The translations under genes and the position numbers were made by a program. 64,000 bases of DNA from Deltaproteobacteria bacterium (GTDB taxonomy: Bacteria > Bdellovibrionota_B > Oligoflexia > Oligoflexales > Bog-1112), in NCBI GenBank assembly GCA_947475005.1, contig CANJLI010000001.1:5010-69009 (forward strand), given 5' to 3'. Below, piece by piece: positions 9,435 to 18,389 of this stretch (the stretch's first letter is position 1; each line of letters opens with the position of its first letter). The notes under the pieces are model-generated. The model searched no databases. It was given only the letters and a program-made list of their open reading frames with translations, and was not told the DNA's origin.

Positions 9435-9908
9435 ATGTCACTGAGCCAAAACGCACAAAAGATTCAAGAAGCTCTAGCGAAACAGGGGGCTACCTGTACC
9501 GTGGTTGAACTGAGTGCCTCCACACATACTGCAAATGATGCAGCCACCGCACTGGGCTGTGAAGTGGCACAGATTGTAAAATCCCTGGTCTTTGTCACCA
9601 AGACTCTCAAAAAGCCCATCCTTGTGCTGGCAAGCGGCTCCAATCGGGTGAACGAAAAGCTCATCAGCAAAGAGGTTGGAGAAAAAATAGAAAAAGCGGA
9701 CGCTACTTTCGTCAAAGAAACCACCGGGTTTCAAATTGGTGGCATCCCCCCTCTCGGGCATAAGCAAAAGATAGAAACCTACATCGATCAAGACCTTCTG
9801 CAATGGGAGAAAGTCTGGGCTGCTGCTGGGACGCCTCATGCCGTCTTTCAGGTAAAGTCGGAAGATTTGCAGAAGCTGACCGAGGGGAAGATCATTGAAA
9901 TCAAGTAG
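9435..9908 (+). CDS. YbaK/EbsC family aminoacyl-tRNA deacylase
   Basis: QIVKSLVF, TG..IGGIPPLGH, WAAAGTP motifs. Confidence 0.92.
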   Translation: MSLSQNAQKIQEALAKQGATCTVVELSASTHTANDAATALGCEVAQIVKSLVFVTKTLKKPILVLASGSNRVNEKLISKEVGEKIEKADATFVKETTGFQIGGIPPLGHKQKIETYIDQDLLQWEKVWAAAGTPHAVFQVKSEDLQKLTEGKIIEIK

Positions 9909-9987
9909 TTATAATTAATTCAACGATAGATTTCAAGTATTTTGCTTTTTCTCTCCATATAGTAGATAATAGTAATATCTAGTAATA

Positions 9988-10263
9988 TTGAATAGGAAAA
10001 AGGGCGTAAAATTGAGAACAAATAATCCATTGCATACAGTAACGGGACGCTTTAATGATCCTCTCTTTGCAAAAATGCAGGAATGGCTCAAAAAAAACGG
10101 CATGTCGATAAACCAATTGTTAGCAAGGGCAGTTGATTTATATATTTCTGAAACTCAAGTGTTGAAACCTGTTGAAGTGGTAGCTGCATCTGATACTCAG
10201 GTAAAAAAAGTGCTAAAAAAATTATCCAAAACTCACAAACGAGCTTTGGATGAACTTAAATGA
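9988..10263 (+). CDS. Probable ribbon-helix-helix antitoxin upstream of doc
   Basis: Short basic protein, beta strand plus GMSINQLLARAVDLY helix; overlaps the start of the Fic/Doc gene. Confidence 0.55.
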   Translation: MNRKKGVKLRTNNPLHTVTGRFNDPLFAKMQEWLKKNGMSINQLLARAVDLYISETQVLKPVEVVAASDTQVKKVLKKLSKTHKRALDELK

Positions 10264-10669
10264 CCCAACAAATTCATTTACTCACTGCTGAGCAGGTTCT
10301 GTTTATCAATCAGGAAGTTTGTCAGGCCAGTGCTTCTGAACATCGATGTTACGACCTAGGAAAGATCGAAAGTGCACTTCATAGTGCTTTCTATCCAGGA
10401 AATTACCCATTTTACCATGGAGGAATCGCCAAAGTTGCAGGTGCGTCGGCTTATTATATATTGAAGCCCATGCTTTTTTTGATGGCAACAAACGCACAGC
10501 TCTCCTAGCCTCCACAGCACTTATGATGTTAAATGGATGGGAATTACATTACCCAACGCCAAAGGATGGCTGGTGTGCACTTTCAAAGATTCTAGACTCA
10601 GCAGCAGCAACCTTAATTACCATAGAAGAATTAAAAGATTGGTATGAGCTCCATAAGAGACCCTTCTAA
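10260..10669 (+). pseudogene. Doc/Fic-family toxin, frameshifted near 10455-10462
   Basis: N-terminal Doc-like half (DLGKIESAL) continues in another frame as EAHAFFDGNKRTALLAS...LNG...WYELHKRPF*, which contains the HxFxDGNKR motif. Confidence 0.8.
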
Positions 10670-10690
10670 CGGGTCCCTAATCTCTCCTGG

Positions 10691-11251
10691 CTACCCTGTT
10701 CTATAGAGAAACGTAGCAAGTTGATCGGGTCGATACGTATCAAAGTAGAGTTTGTCTTTCGGGCCCCAATCCGTATCCCATCTACTTACGGTTGCCTCAT
10801 CATCGCCTTGAGATCGATCTCTCGCCTTTGCACGTGGTATGGCTATATCTTGAGGACAGTCAATCCACACACTGACGTCAAAGTAAGGCATCAATTTTGG
10901 CTGCAACAACCGAATTCCCTCTACGATAACCACTCGCGGCAACTCTTCATCTATATGTAAAGCCCGTCCTTTATCTCCCTTCCCTTGGTACATCAATCTT
11001 TTTCCAGCACGAATGTCTGTAAGAATATGCTCCAACAGCAGCCAATCACTCTGATCAAAAATACCCGGACCACTTGGATTTGGACCATAGAGATGGTCAA
11101 TTCTGACAATTTGATTGTCTTTAATTTGAAAATGATCCCGCAATCTGTCTGCAAGGGTTGACTTACCTGATCCACCAAATCCAGAGATAGCAACTACTGC
11201 ATAGAGTTTATTTTTTAGTACCTGTTCAATTAGCGCAATCAATTGCTCCAC
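10691..11251 (-). CDS. Uridine-kinase-like P-loop kinase
   Basis: VAISGFGGSGKST Walker A; VIVEG...FD.SVWIDCP...ARD. Confidence 0.75.
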   Translation of the reverse strand: MEQLIALIEQVLKNKLYAVVAISGFGGSGKSTLADRLRDHFQIKDNQIVRIDHLYGPNPSGPGIFDQSDWLLLEHILTDIRAGKRLMYQGKGDKGRALHIDEELPRVVIVEGIRLLQPKLMPYFDVSVWIDCPQDIAIPRAKARDRSQGDDEATVSRWDTDWGPKDKLYFDTYRPDQLATFLYRTG

Positions 11252-12351
11252 CCTATCCCTCCTCGCACTTCAAAGGGAGCTCGATGTACGGGGGTATATC
11301 CGAGCGAAACCGCTGTCTGAAAAATTTCATCGAACTCCATGGAGATGGTAGCCCCTGCCTTTTGGGTTACCTCATCTTCGATGGGCAGATCGAAATCGTT
11401 GGCTCCGTACAACAGTCCTTGCAGAGCCTCTTCATTCTTTGTCAGCACCGAAGTCCGAATGTGCACAAAGTTATCGAGATAAATGCGACACACAGCCATC
11501 CACCGCATATACTCATGTGTAGAGATTTCTTGCCCCCCCCATTCGTTGTTGTAGGGCTTGTAGGTCCAGCAAAGAAAGCTCGGTAACCGTCCCTCCATCA
11601 CCGTCTGAAACTCCCGCAACCGGGTTAAGTGGTTCATCCGCTCCTCGAGAGACTCCCCAAATCCGATCACCATCGTGGCCGTAGACCCGAGCCCGCCCTG
11701 TAGAACGGCAGCTTGGGCAGAGAAGTAATCCTCTGCGGTATATTTCCCCGGGCTCAGCCTTCGGCGGAAAGCATCGTCCAAGATCTCAGCCCCACCCCCA
11801 GTGATCCAGCGCGTCCCCCCAGCCGCCAGAAACGCAGCCCCCTCCGCATAGGGAATCTTTGCCTGTTTGCAGTAAAACATGAACTCTGCCACAGTCATCT
11901 CAAAGAAAGTCAGCTGCGGATACTGGGCATGCACCTGCTCAAAAAGCGTGCGGTAGTCCTGTAGGGCAAGCTTGGGGTGGAAGCCAGCATTAAAGGAAAC
12001 AAGAGTGCCCCCATACCCCAAAAGCCCATCCAGCTTCTCGCAAATTTGGGCGTGGGAGAGGGTATAGGCCCCAGATTGATGGGGGTATTTATAAAAGGAA
12101 CAATATTTACAGCCCGCTACACAGACATTGGTAAAGTTGATAATGGACATAATCAAGTAGGTGACTTGTCCGCGAGGATGATAGCGATCTCGCGTTTGGC
12201 AAGCCAGGGTTTGGAGCAAACTGTCGCTTCCGTGAAGAAACAACCATTCGGCCTCTTCGCGAGAAACGGATTGCTGGGCATCGATTCGAGCGCGGATTTT
12301 GGATTCCATGGTATCCTTCGGCAAGGGGGAACAAAAGGTCAGCTCATTCAT
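11239..12351 (-). CDS. mqnC: Radical SAM enzyme of the CofH/MqnC family (likely cyclic dehypoxanthine futalosine synthase)
   Basis: INFTNVCVAGCKYCSFY, GGGAEIL, STATMVIG, GAND motifs; start uncertain (12351 or 12309). Confidence 0.75.
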   Translation of the reverse strand: MNELTFCSPLPKDTMESKIRARIDAQQSVSREEAEWLFLHGSDSLLQTLACQTRDRYHPRGQVTYLIMSIINFTNVCVAGCKYCSFYKYPHQSGAYTLSHAQICEKLDGLLGYGGTLVSFNAGFHPKLALQDYRTLFEQVHAQYPQLTFFEMTVAEFMFYCKQAKIPYAEGAAFLAAGGTRWITGGGAEILDDAFRRRLSPGKYTAEDYFSAQAAVLQGGLGSTATMVIGFGESLEERMNHLTRLREFQTVMEGRLPSFLCWTYKPYNNEWGGQEISTHEYMRWMAVCRIYLDNFVHIRTSVLTKNEEALQGLLYGANDFDLPIEDEVTQKAGATISMEFDEIFQTAVSLGYTPVHRAPFEVRGGIGWSN

Positions 12352-12435
12352 AAGAGAAAATCCCTCCCCACTCAATGGCAAAAATCCGTTGATTTTCGAT
12401 TCATTTCTCGATACCTTCACCCCTCGATTCCTCCT

Positions 12436-12509
12436 GGCGCCGTAGCCAAGTGGCTAGGCTGCGGATTGCAAATCCGCCCACAGCGGTTCGAATCCGCTCG
12501 GCGCCTCCA
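12436..12509 (+). tRNA. tRNA-Cys (GCA)
   Basis: GGCGCCG acceptor stem, GCGGA-TTGCAAA-TCCGC anticodon arm, GGTTCGAATCC T arm, encoded CCA. Confidence 0.95.
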
Positions 12510-12517
12510 ATCAATCT

Positions 12518-13057
12518 TCAACACCGACAACTGCCCAAATAGGCCCCATTTCGAATCCAAGGAACCAAGACGCCTGGCGCTAGCATTCCACACGCCTCTG
12601 CAATTCCAGGCAGAAGAACCGCATTTTTACAAAACCCGTCTGGCAGAGGGATCTGTGTATCCCATCCCTTACAGATAAAATCTCGTTCCGCACGGAAATA
12701 AGTCGAGAGCGTTTCTCCAGGTTGCAACACCACAGGCAATGGAAACGAAAGCGGCCTTCCAAAAGACATATCTGGAAAGATTAACAGATCTTTAATTTCC
12801 AAGGTTCTTTCTTCATTGCTCCCCTCCACAGAAAAAGAAATATGTCCGCTACAAGCCAAAGAATTGGTGTAGCGATGGGGCAGACGAAGGTGCAAAGCTA
12901 CTTTCCCTGTTTTTTGATTCTGCACCGTTTTAATCTCCCCTCGAATCGACACCAAACGCAACGAACTGAGATCATTTTCTACTAGCCCCTCACTTGCATA
13001 GGCCAAACCACCCATCCAAAGACCAAAAAAGATCCATGCTTGTTTTATTATTGACAT
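12518..13057 (-). CDS. Secreted hypothetical protein with C-terminal Cys-rich module (...GSCRC*)
   Basis: Signal peptide from MSIIKQ; start overlaps the upstream gene's stop by 10 nt. Confidence 0.7.
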   Translation of the reverse strand: MSIIKQAWIFFGLWMGGLAYASEGLVENDLSSLRLVSIRGEIKTVQNQKTGKVALHLRLPHRYTNSLACSGHISFSVEGSNEERTLEIKDLLIFPDMSFGRPLSFPLPVVLQPGETLSTYFRAERDFICKGWDTQIPLPDGFCKNAVLLPGIAEACGMLAPGVLVPWIRNGAYLGSCRC

Positions 13058-14313
13058 ACCTTGGCACTCCTTTCTTCGTATACCAAACAGTTTCCTTCTG
13101 CATCCTCTGCCACACAAACAGAACGAATTTCCATGCGACAACATTTCCCATCACTTTGTGACCAGGTAAATCCTGGTTCACACCGATTTTGACTCATTTT
13201 TCGAAGTGGAATTACAACACTTGGAAATGGGAGAGAGGGCAAAGAACACCCTTGTAACAAATCTGCAAAACAGTTGACCGCAGATTGATTCACCGCATTG
13301 ATATAACCCGTAAGTTGTACTTCTCCCCGATCCAACTCTCCTGATACACCCACCAGATCAAATTCCTGAGGATGCAGCTTGATGTAGCGAATCGTGTTGG
13401 CACTCTCCAATGCATGGTCCCGATCTCGAGCCAATTGGTTGATTATTTGATCTTGACGAATCACCAAACCTGGGTTTGGTGCCAAATTCACAGGCTCCAC
13501 ACCACTGTAGTCTTTGGTAATCAACTCCAGCGTAACAAAATTGTGGTTGAGCGTGCTCACCATTGTTGGGTACTGCAAAGCAAAGCTGCGAATGTCATTC
13601 ACATCAGGCAAAGCACCCGCTCCCCCCATACGATAAATCGACAAGTGGGTCCGAGCATTTAAATTAAACTTTTGTAGAGCTGAATTTACTTCCGTCGCAG
13701 CCTTCCAACTTAATCCAGAGGCTTGAATGGCCATGCCAAATTTTCGATCCTCCTCTGAACTCGAGAACTCAAATTCAAATAGTGCAAAAAATTCCCCTCC
13801 AGTTCGATATCCATAGACAAACTGGGTACCGCAATTTTCCAAAAATTGTTTGGTATTTCCCTGCTGCAAAAGAGCTTGTGCTTCAGGACGAAATCGAAAC
13901 TGAGTAGCCAAATTCAGCTGATTCCCCACACGAGTATGTACCAATAGGTAGCGAGATTGACTGTTTTTGTTTACACTTTTTGCATAGTCCATGCGCGCTG
14001 AAACACGCCCAAAGACAGAGGCTTGGAAACTTGCTGAAGCTGTCACATTCAAGCTTTCTCGCAATGCAGACATCGAGGTAATTTCCAACAATCGAAATTC
14101 CACAAACTGTCCTGTGGATTGTCCACTTTGGGTTTGAAAATGCTGGGTATCCGTACAAAACCCTTTGGGGGTCCAGTCGATGTGATTCAACCCTTGGCCT
14201 GGCAACAAAGCCATAGAAGAATCTTCTCCCGGTACATTTAATAGAACCGTTTTGCGAGGTGACTCTCCACAGCTTCCAAGAAACAACAACGCACTGAGTA
14301 CACATTTTTTCAT
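13048..14313 (-). CDS. Lipoprotein with MACPF-like domain and Cys-rich tail
   Basis: Lipobox LGSC; FLENCGTQFVYGYRTGG resembles the MACPF signature (Y/W)G(T/S)H(F/Y)x6GG; alternating-residue segments (LNVTASASF); C-terminal CEPG...CC...C...C...C. Confidence 0.65.
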   Translation of the reverse strand: MKKCVLSALLFLGSCGESPRKTVLLNVPGEDSSMALLPGQGLNHIDWTPKGFCTDTQHFQTQSGQSTGQFVEFRLLEITSMSALRESLNVTASASFQASVFGRVSARMDYAKSVNKNSQSRYLLVHTRVGNQLNLATQFRFRPEAQALLQQGNTKQFLENCGTQFVYGYRTGGEFFALFEFEFSSSEEDRKFGMAIQASGLSWKAATEVNSALQKFNLNARTHLSIYRMGGAGALPDVNDIRSFALQYPTMVSTLNHNFVTLELITKDYSGVEPVNLAPNPGLVIRQDQIINQLARDRDHALESANTIRYIKLHPQEFDLVGVSGELDRGEVQLTGYINAVNQSAVNCFADLLQGCSLPSLPFPSVVIPLRKMSQNRCEPGFTWSQSDGKCCRMEIRSVCVAEDAEGNCLVYEERSAKVCQ

Positions 14314-15110
14314 GGCGCGTTCCTTTCTAAATAGACCCATAGGTCTTGACGGTGATACATGCGAGCATCTATTGCATGCAATTGTTCTTGCCAGGCCAAA
14401 TCTCCCATTTGCAGGTCACCCGCGATGACGATATGCTGAATGGGATTTTTGGATTCCACATTAAAGTTCATCATCTCTCCCCCATAGATCACACCTTCCT
14501 TTTTAACCACCCGAACAGGTTGATGAGAACGGGTCAGCAAAAAATCCCCCACAACTACATCTTTGGCTTGCTTCATAGATTCCAAGGCACCTTTAGCAGT
14601 AGCAATGACAACAGGGTGTCCATCGGAAAGAAAAATAGAACGCCCACCCTCCGCAAGCAGATGAATGGCTCGATCTTCTTTTGCATGCATCAGTCCACTG
14701 ATCCTGCGCATTACATATTTCGAAGAACCCCATTCTTTCAATACACCCAGATGTAAAGGTGATGCCGCTGCATCAAGTAGATTTCGACCTGTAGAGAGCC
14801 CAAACCCCCAAAATTGGGTTTCTTCTGCAAAACAGCCACATTGGCATCGACGAAAGGGTTTTCCATCAGTACCCAAAATTGGATACCAATGGCCAGGGGG
14901 GGTAAACCCAAAGCATCCACCTACAGCGCCACAGCCATCGGTTTTTTCGCTGCAATAACTGCGAAAAAATTCTGCATTTGCACAACGAACCCCCTCCATA
15001 ATCGGTAAATTACAAAGGGTAGGTTGAAAATCAGCCCCTGTACACGTAATCGCGTACAAATAGACCTGCCAACATTGACTCAATATTACCCACAGCATGC
15101 GATGACTCAC
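14310..15110 (-). CDS. Secreted Cys-rich peptide fused to a Hint (Hedgehog/intein-like) domain
   Basis: G|CFAEET (block A), LSDGHPVV (block B), AKDVVVGDFL, MMNFNV...HIVIAGDLQMGD (blocks F/G); GTG start with AGGAG RBS. Confidence 0.8.
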   Translation of the reverse strand: MSHRMLWVILSQCWQVYLYAITCTGADFQPTLCNLPIMEGVRCANAEFFRSYCSEKTDGCGAVGGCFGFTPPGHWYPILGTDGKPFRRCQCGCFAEETQFWGFGLSTGRNLLDAAASPLHLGVLKEWGSSKYVMRRISGLMHAKEDRAIHLLAEGGRSIFLSDGHPVVIATAKGALESMKQAKDVVVGDFLLTRSHQPVRVVKKEGVIYGGEMMNFNVESKNPIQHIVIAGDLQMGDLAWQEQLHAIDARMYHRQDLWVYLERNAP

Positions 15111-15147
15111 GGTTTCTCCTTCTTTAAATAGGGCATTATGGGCCCGT

Positions 15148-15792
15148 TTATTTTGCCTCTATGCCAAAAACTTCTTGGGCACCCAATTCATACAAAAGCT
15201 TGTGATCGACAGAGGCAAGTACTTCTCGAGCTGCATCTTGATTTGTCCGAGCCAATCCCTCTACCAACTCCGTTTTATCTGCAAGAATCATAGCAAGGCT
15301 CTTGTTTGGCATTTCTTCATTTTCAGATCCGTCGAGGATCCATGTTTTTACTTTTTCCACGGTTTCTGGATCCCACCGCATGCGATATTTTAGATAATCG
15401 ACATACGCGATACGCTGCCTGCCCTCCTTCTCTGTTTGTGGGATTTTTTCCAATACCTCAAAAATGGCTTCAACACCCAGAAATCCCCGTTCATTGATTC
15501 GAATAATATTTTCTGTTAGACTGGAAGAAAGTAACGCATGAGGGGCTTGATCCAAAAAAATGTGTTGCACTTCTGCATAGAAAATTCGTTTTTCTTGCAA
15601 AGAGAGTGCCTCTTTTTTCTTGATCGGAGCTACAGGTAAGAAAATAGGTGGAGGCTTCCATTCGGGAGGAGTTGAACTCCTAGAAAGCCCAATCGGAACA
15701 AGCGTTTTTTCCGGCTGAATTACAGCAGATGCTTTATGGAGATAGATGCAAAAGGCAATCAAACAAAAAAAGAGAACCCCGATTTTTCTCAT
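15148..15792 (-). CDS. Hypothetical exported/membrane-anchored helical protein, first gene of the Hint-MACPF operon
   Basis: N-terminal hydrophobic segment, Pro-rich linker, helical body; 37 bp upstream of the Hint gene. Confidence 0.65.
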   Translation of the reverse strand: MRKIGVLFFCLIAFCIYLHKASAVIQPEKTLVPIGLSRSSTPPEWKPPPIFLPVAPIKKKEALSLQEKRIFYAEVQHIFLDQAPHALLSSSLTENIIRINERGFLGVEAIFEVLEKIPQTEKEGRQRIAYVDYLKYRMRWDPETVEKVKTWILDGSENEEMPNKSLAMILADKTELVEGLARTNQDAAREVLASVDHKLLYELGAQEVFGIEAK

Positions 15793-15996
15793 GACACACA
15801 CCTCACAAAGGAAAGTTTTTGATTTTCTTCGTAGGTATAAAAATGCGGAAATTGATCCATGTCATCCACGGAAATCTGAGAACGGCGAGGGGGCCTTTTC
15901 CCTTCGCCATTTTGTTTCTTTTGTGGTACAATTAACGCCTTACTCTGGCTCGATTTTAAATCGAGCCGACAACCTCTTTAGATTGCAGCATTAACT

Positions 15997-17103
15997 ATGA
16001 AAGCTACGATTCAACAGGAAGCACAGCGCATGGGGCACAAATTATTTGTGCAACAACTCTACCGGGACTATCAGGAGATTTGTTACCAGTACCGTTTAAA
16101 GCTATCTCCCGTTGCTATTGAGCTTCGTCCGCTTGCTACAAAATGGGGGGAGTGGGATTCAGGTACACGTTGCATTTCACTTTCTGAGCGGTTGGTGGAA
16201 GATCATCCGTGGCATATCGTACTCGAAATCCTCAAGCATGAGATGGCCCACCAATGGGTACAAGAAAAATGGGGCCAGCAAGAGTATCACGGCCCTTACT
16301 TTCAGTTGGCTTGTGAGCATTTGGGTATGGCGGCATGGGCGCGCAAAGCTACGGTCACCCAGATGGAAGAATCCACTCTGGATAGACAAGATGCGCAGAT
16401 TGAACAATCAAGCATGATCCGACGCATTCAAAAGTTGCTCCAACTGAGTGGATCTTCGAATGCCCATGAAGCATCCGCGGCTTTACAAAAGGCAAAAGAA
16501 TTAAGCCTTGCATACCAAGTAGAAGCACATGCTGCTCATACGCACAGCGACTTCCATGTACGCATTATCAATCACCGTCGAAAGCGGCTAGAAGCTTTTC
16601 ACACGCGATTGTCTTCTATTTTGGTAGAACACTTTCATGTAGAGACCATTTTCATCCAGGTCTTTGACCCGCAATTAGCTGCTTGTGTCAAAGCCATGGA
16701 AATCATCGGTGCCGCCCATCAAGTAGAAATTGCAGAATATGTCTACTGGTTTTTGTTCCAACAGCTACAAGCCTTGTGGGCAGAAGAGAAACCAAAAACA
16801 CAAAATAGAAATCGCGCTAGTTTTTATTTGGGTGTCTTACATGGTTTTTCAGAAAAATTAAAAAAAGAACAGAAAGGATTAGATTCAAAAGAAGAAGCCT
16901 TACTTATCGTTTCCCATGCACAAACCAAGCGCGCACTTGCCTGTCGATATCCTCGTCTACGTACCCAGAAGACCCGCAACACGATTTCCGATGCGGGCGC
17001 TTATCGTCAAGGGTGTAAAAAAGGTACAGCTTTACAATTGAGAGCTGGCCTTAAGAAAAGAGAGACAGGATGCGGAGGATTTTTGACTGAAGGAAAACTA
17101 TGA
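15997..17103 (+). CDS. SprT-like zinc metalloprotease domain plus DUF2786-like domain protein
   Basis: LKHEMAHQ...HGPYF..AC; RIQKLL.LS.SSN.HEA.AA..KA.EL. Confidence 0.8.
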   Translation: MKATIQQEAQRMGHKLFVQQLYRDYQEICYQYRLKLSPVAIELRPLATKWGEWDSGTRCISLSERLVEDHPWHIVLEILKHEMAHQWVQEKWGQQEYHGPYFQLACEHLGMAAWARKATVTQMEESTLDRQDAQIEQSSMIRRIQKLLQLSGSSNAHEASAALQKAKELSLAYQVEAHAAHTHSDFHVRIINHRRKRLEAFHTRLSSILVEHFHVETIFIQVFDPQLAACVKAMEIIGAAHQVEIAEYVYWFLFQQLQALWAEEKPKTQNRNRASFYLGVLHGFSEKLKKEQKGLDSKEEALLIVSHAQTKRALACRYPRLRTQKTRNTISDAGAYRQGCKKGTALQLRAGLKKRETGCGGFLTEGKL

Positions 17104-18389
17104 AAAGAAACTCTACACAACGAAATTTGGGTTTTGCACTGGCTGGCCTTGTTGCGATCAGCCTTTCAGGTTGGTATACCTGGTCCTACATGAAAAAACA
17201 GGCTATTGATCTGGTGCAAGAAGATGTACAGATTACAGAATCTGACTATGAGCCGGAAGTCGAGGATGCAGATCCACGCCCTCAATTTACCTCCTCAGCT
17301 TTTCATATTACTACGATTTCCGTTCAAAAAAATTCGAGTATCTATACGACATTTCAAAAAGCAGGCATAGACAGTGCTGTAATTCATGATTGGATTGCTG
17401 CTTGCGCCTCTTTTTACAATTTATCTAGTATTGCTGCAGGTGTTAAAATTGAGATGCGCGCAGCAAAAGACACCGAAGAATTACAGGAAGTGTTTATTGA
17501 AGTATCACCTCTCCTCGGTATTTTGATCCAACGCCAACCCCATCAAACCTGGTATGCCGAGAAGCTTGAAAAAACACCCACCATGGACTTGGTGGCCATG
17601 GAGGGAAAGATCGAAAGCTCTCTATGGGAGTCTGCAGCCAAAGCAGGACTCCATTCTCAGGCTATCTATGAGTTGACGGATATTTTTTCTTCCCAGATCG
17701 ACTTCGAGCGAGAAATTCATGGGGGAGATTCTTGGTCGGTTGTAATCGAGAAACGATCTCTCGATGGAAAATTCTACGATTGGGGGAAAATTCATGCAGC
17801 TCGCTATACCTTAAGCGATGTGGATCACAAAGCGGTTCTCTTTACAGTAAATGGGAAACAGGCCTATTTTACTCCCGAAGGGGAAAGTTTAAGTGGGATG
17901 TTCTTAAAAAGTCCGTTGAAATTTAGTCGCATCACATCGACGTTTCAAGTCAAACGGTTTCACCCCATTCTAAAAATCAACCGCCCCCACCATGGAGTGG
18001 ACTACGCAGCTGCGACAGGTACCCCCATCCATGCAGTAGCAGATGGACGCGTAGAGTCCGTTGGATGGCAAAACGGAGGTGGCAACAGCATCCGCATTCG
18101 CCACAATTCCACCTATGAAACTGCATATAGGCATATGAGCCGATTCAGCAGCGGGCTGCACAAAAACTCACGGGTTCAGCAAGGGGAGGTAATCGGTTAT
18201 GTGGGGATGACCGGTTTGGCAACAGCCCCTCACTTGCACTTTGAGTTCTATGAAAATGGAAAATACATGGATCCCTTGGGCATCAAATTCCCTCGCAAGG
18301 AATCCCTACCCAAGGATCAACTGCTGGCATTTAAGCAGAAGTCGAAAAAGATGGTTGCACTGCTTCAAAAACCAGATATTCAGAGCTAA
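17100..18389 (+). CDS. M23 family peptidoglycan DD-endopeptidase (MepM/Csd3-like)
   Basis: N-terminal TM; RFHPIL...HHGVDYAA, Y.HMS, TGLATAPHLHFE. Confidence 0.92.
   Translation: MKRNSTQRNLGFALAGLVAISLSGWYTWSYMKKQAIDLVQEDVQITESDYEPEVEDADPRPQFTSSAFHITTISVQKNSSIYTTFQKAGIDSAVIHDWIAACASFYNLSSIAAGVKIEMRAAKDTEELQEVFIEVSPLLGILIQRQPHQTWYAEKLEKTPTMDLVAMEGKIESSLWESAAKAGLHSQAIYELTDIFSSQIDFEREIHGGDSWSVVIEKRSLDGKFYDWGKIHAARYTLSDVDHKAVLFTVNGKQAYFTPEGESLSGMFLKSPLKFSRITSTFQVKRFHPILKINRPHHGVDYAAATGTPIHAVADGRVESVGWQNGGGNSIRIRHNSTYETAYRHMSRFSSGLHKNSRVQQGEVIGYVGMTGLATAPHLHFEFYENGKYMDPLGIKFPRKESLPKDQLLAFKQKSKKMVALLQKPDIQS

Noticed and set aside
14310-14834. Canonical protein-splicing intein
   Set aside because: No terminal HN followed by C/S/T, no endonuclease domain, and no conserved host protein interrupted; better read as a Hedgehog/BIL-type Hint domain.
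12436-15990. Integrative island at tRNA-Cys with attR and integrase
   Set aside because: No copy of the tRNA 3' end and no integrase found; only an unrelated palindrome (GGCTCGATTTTAAATCGAGCC) near 15946-15966.
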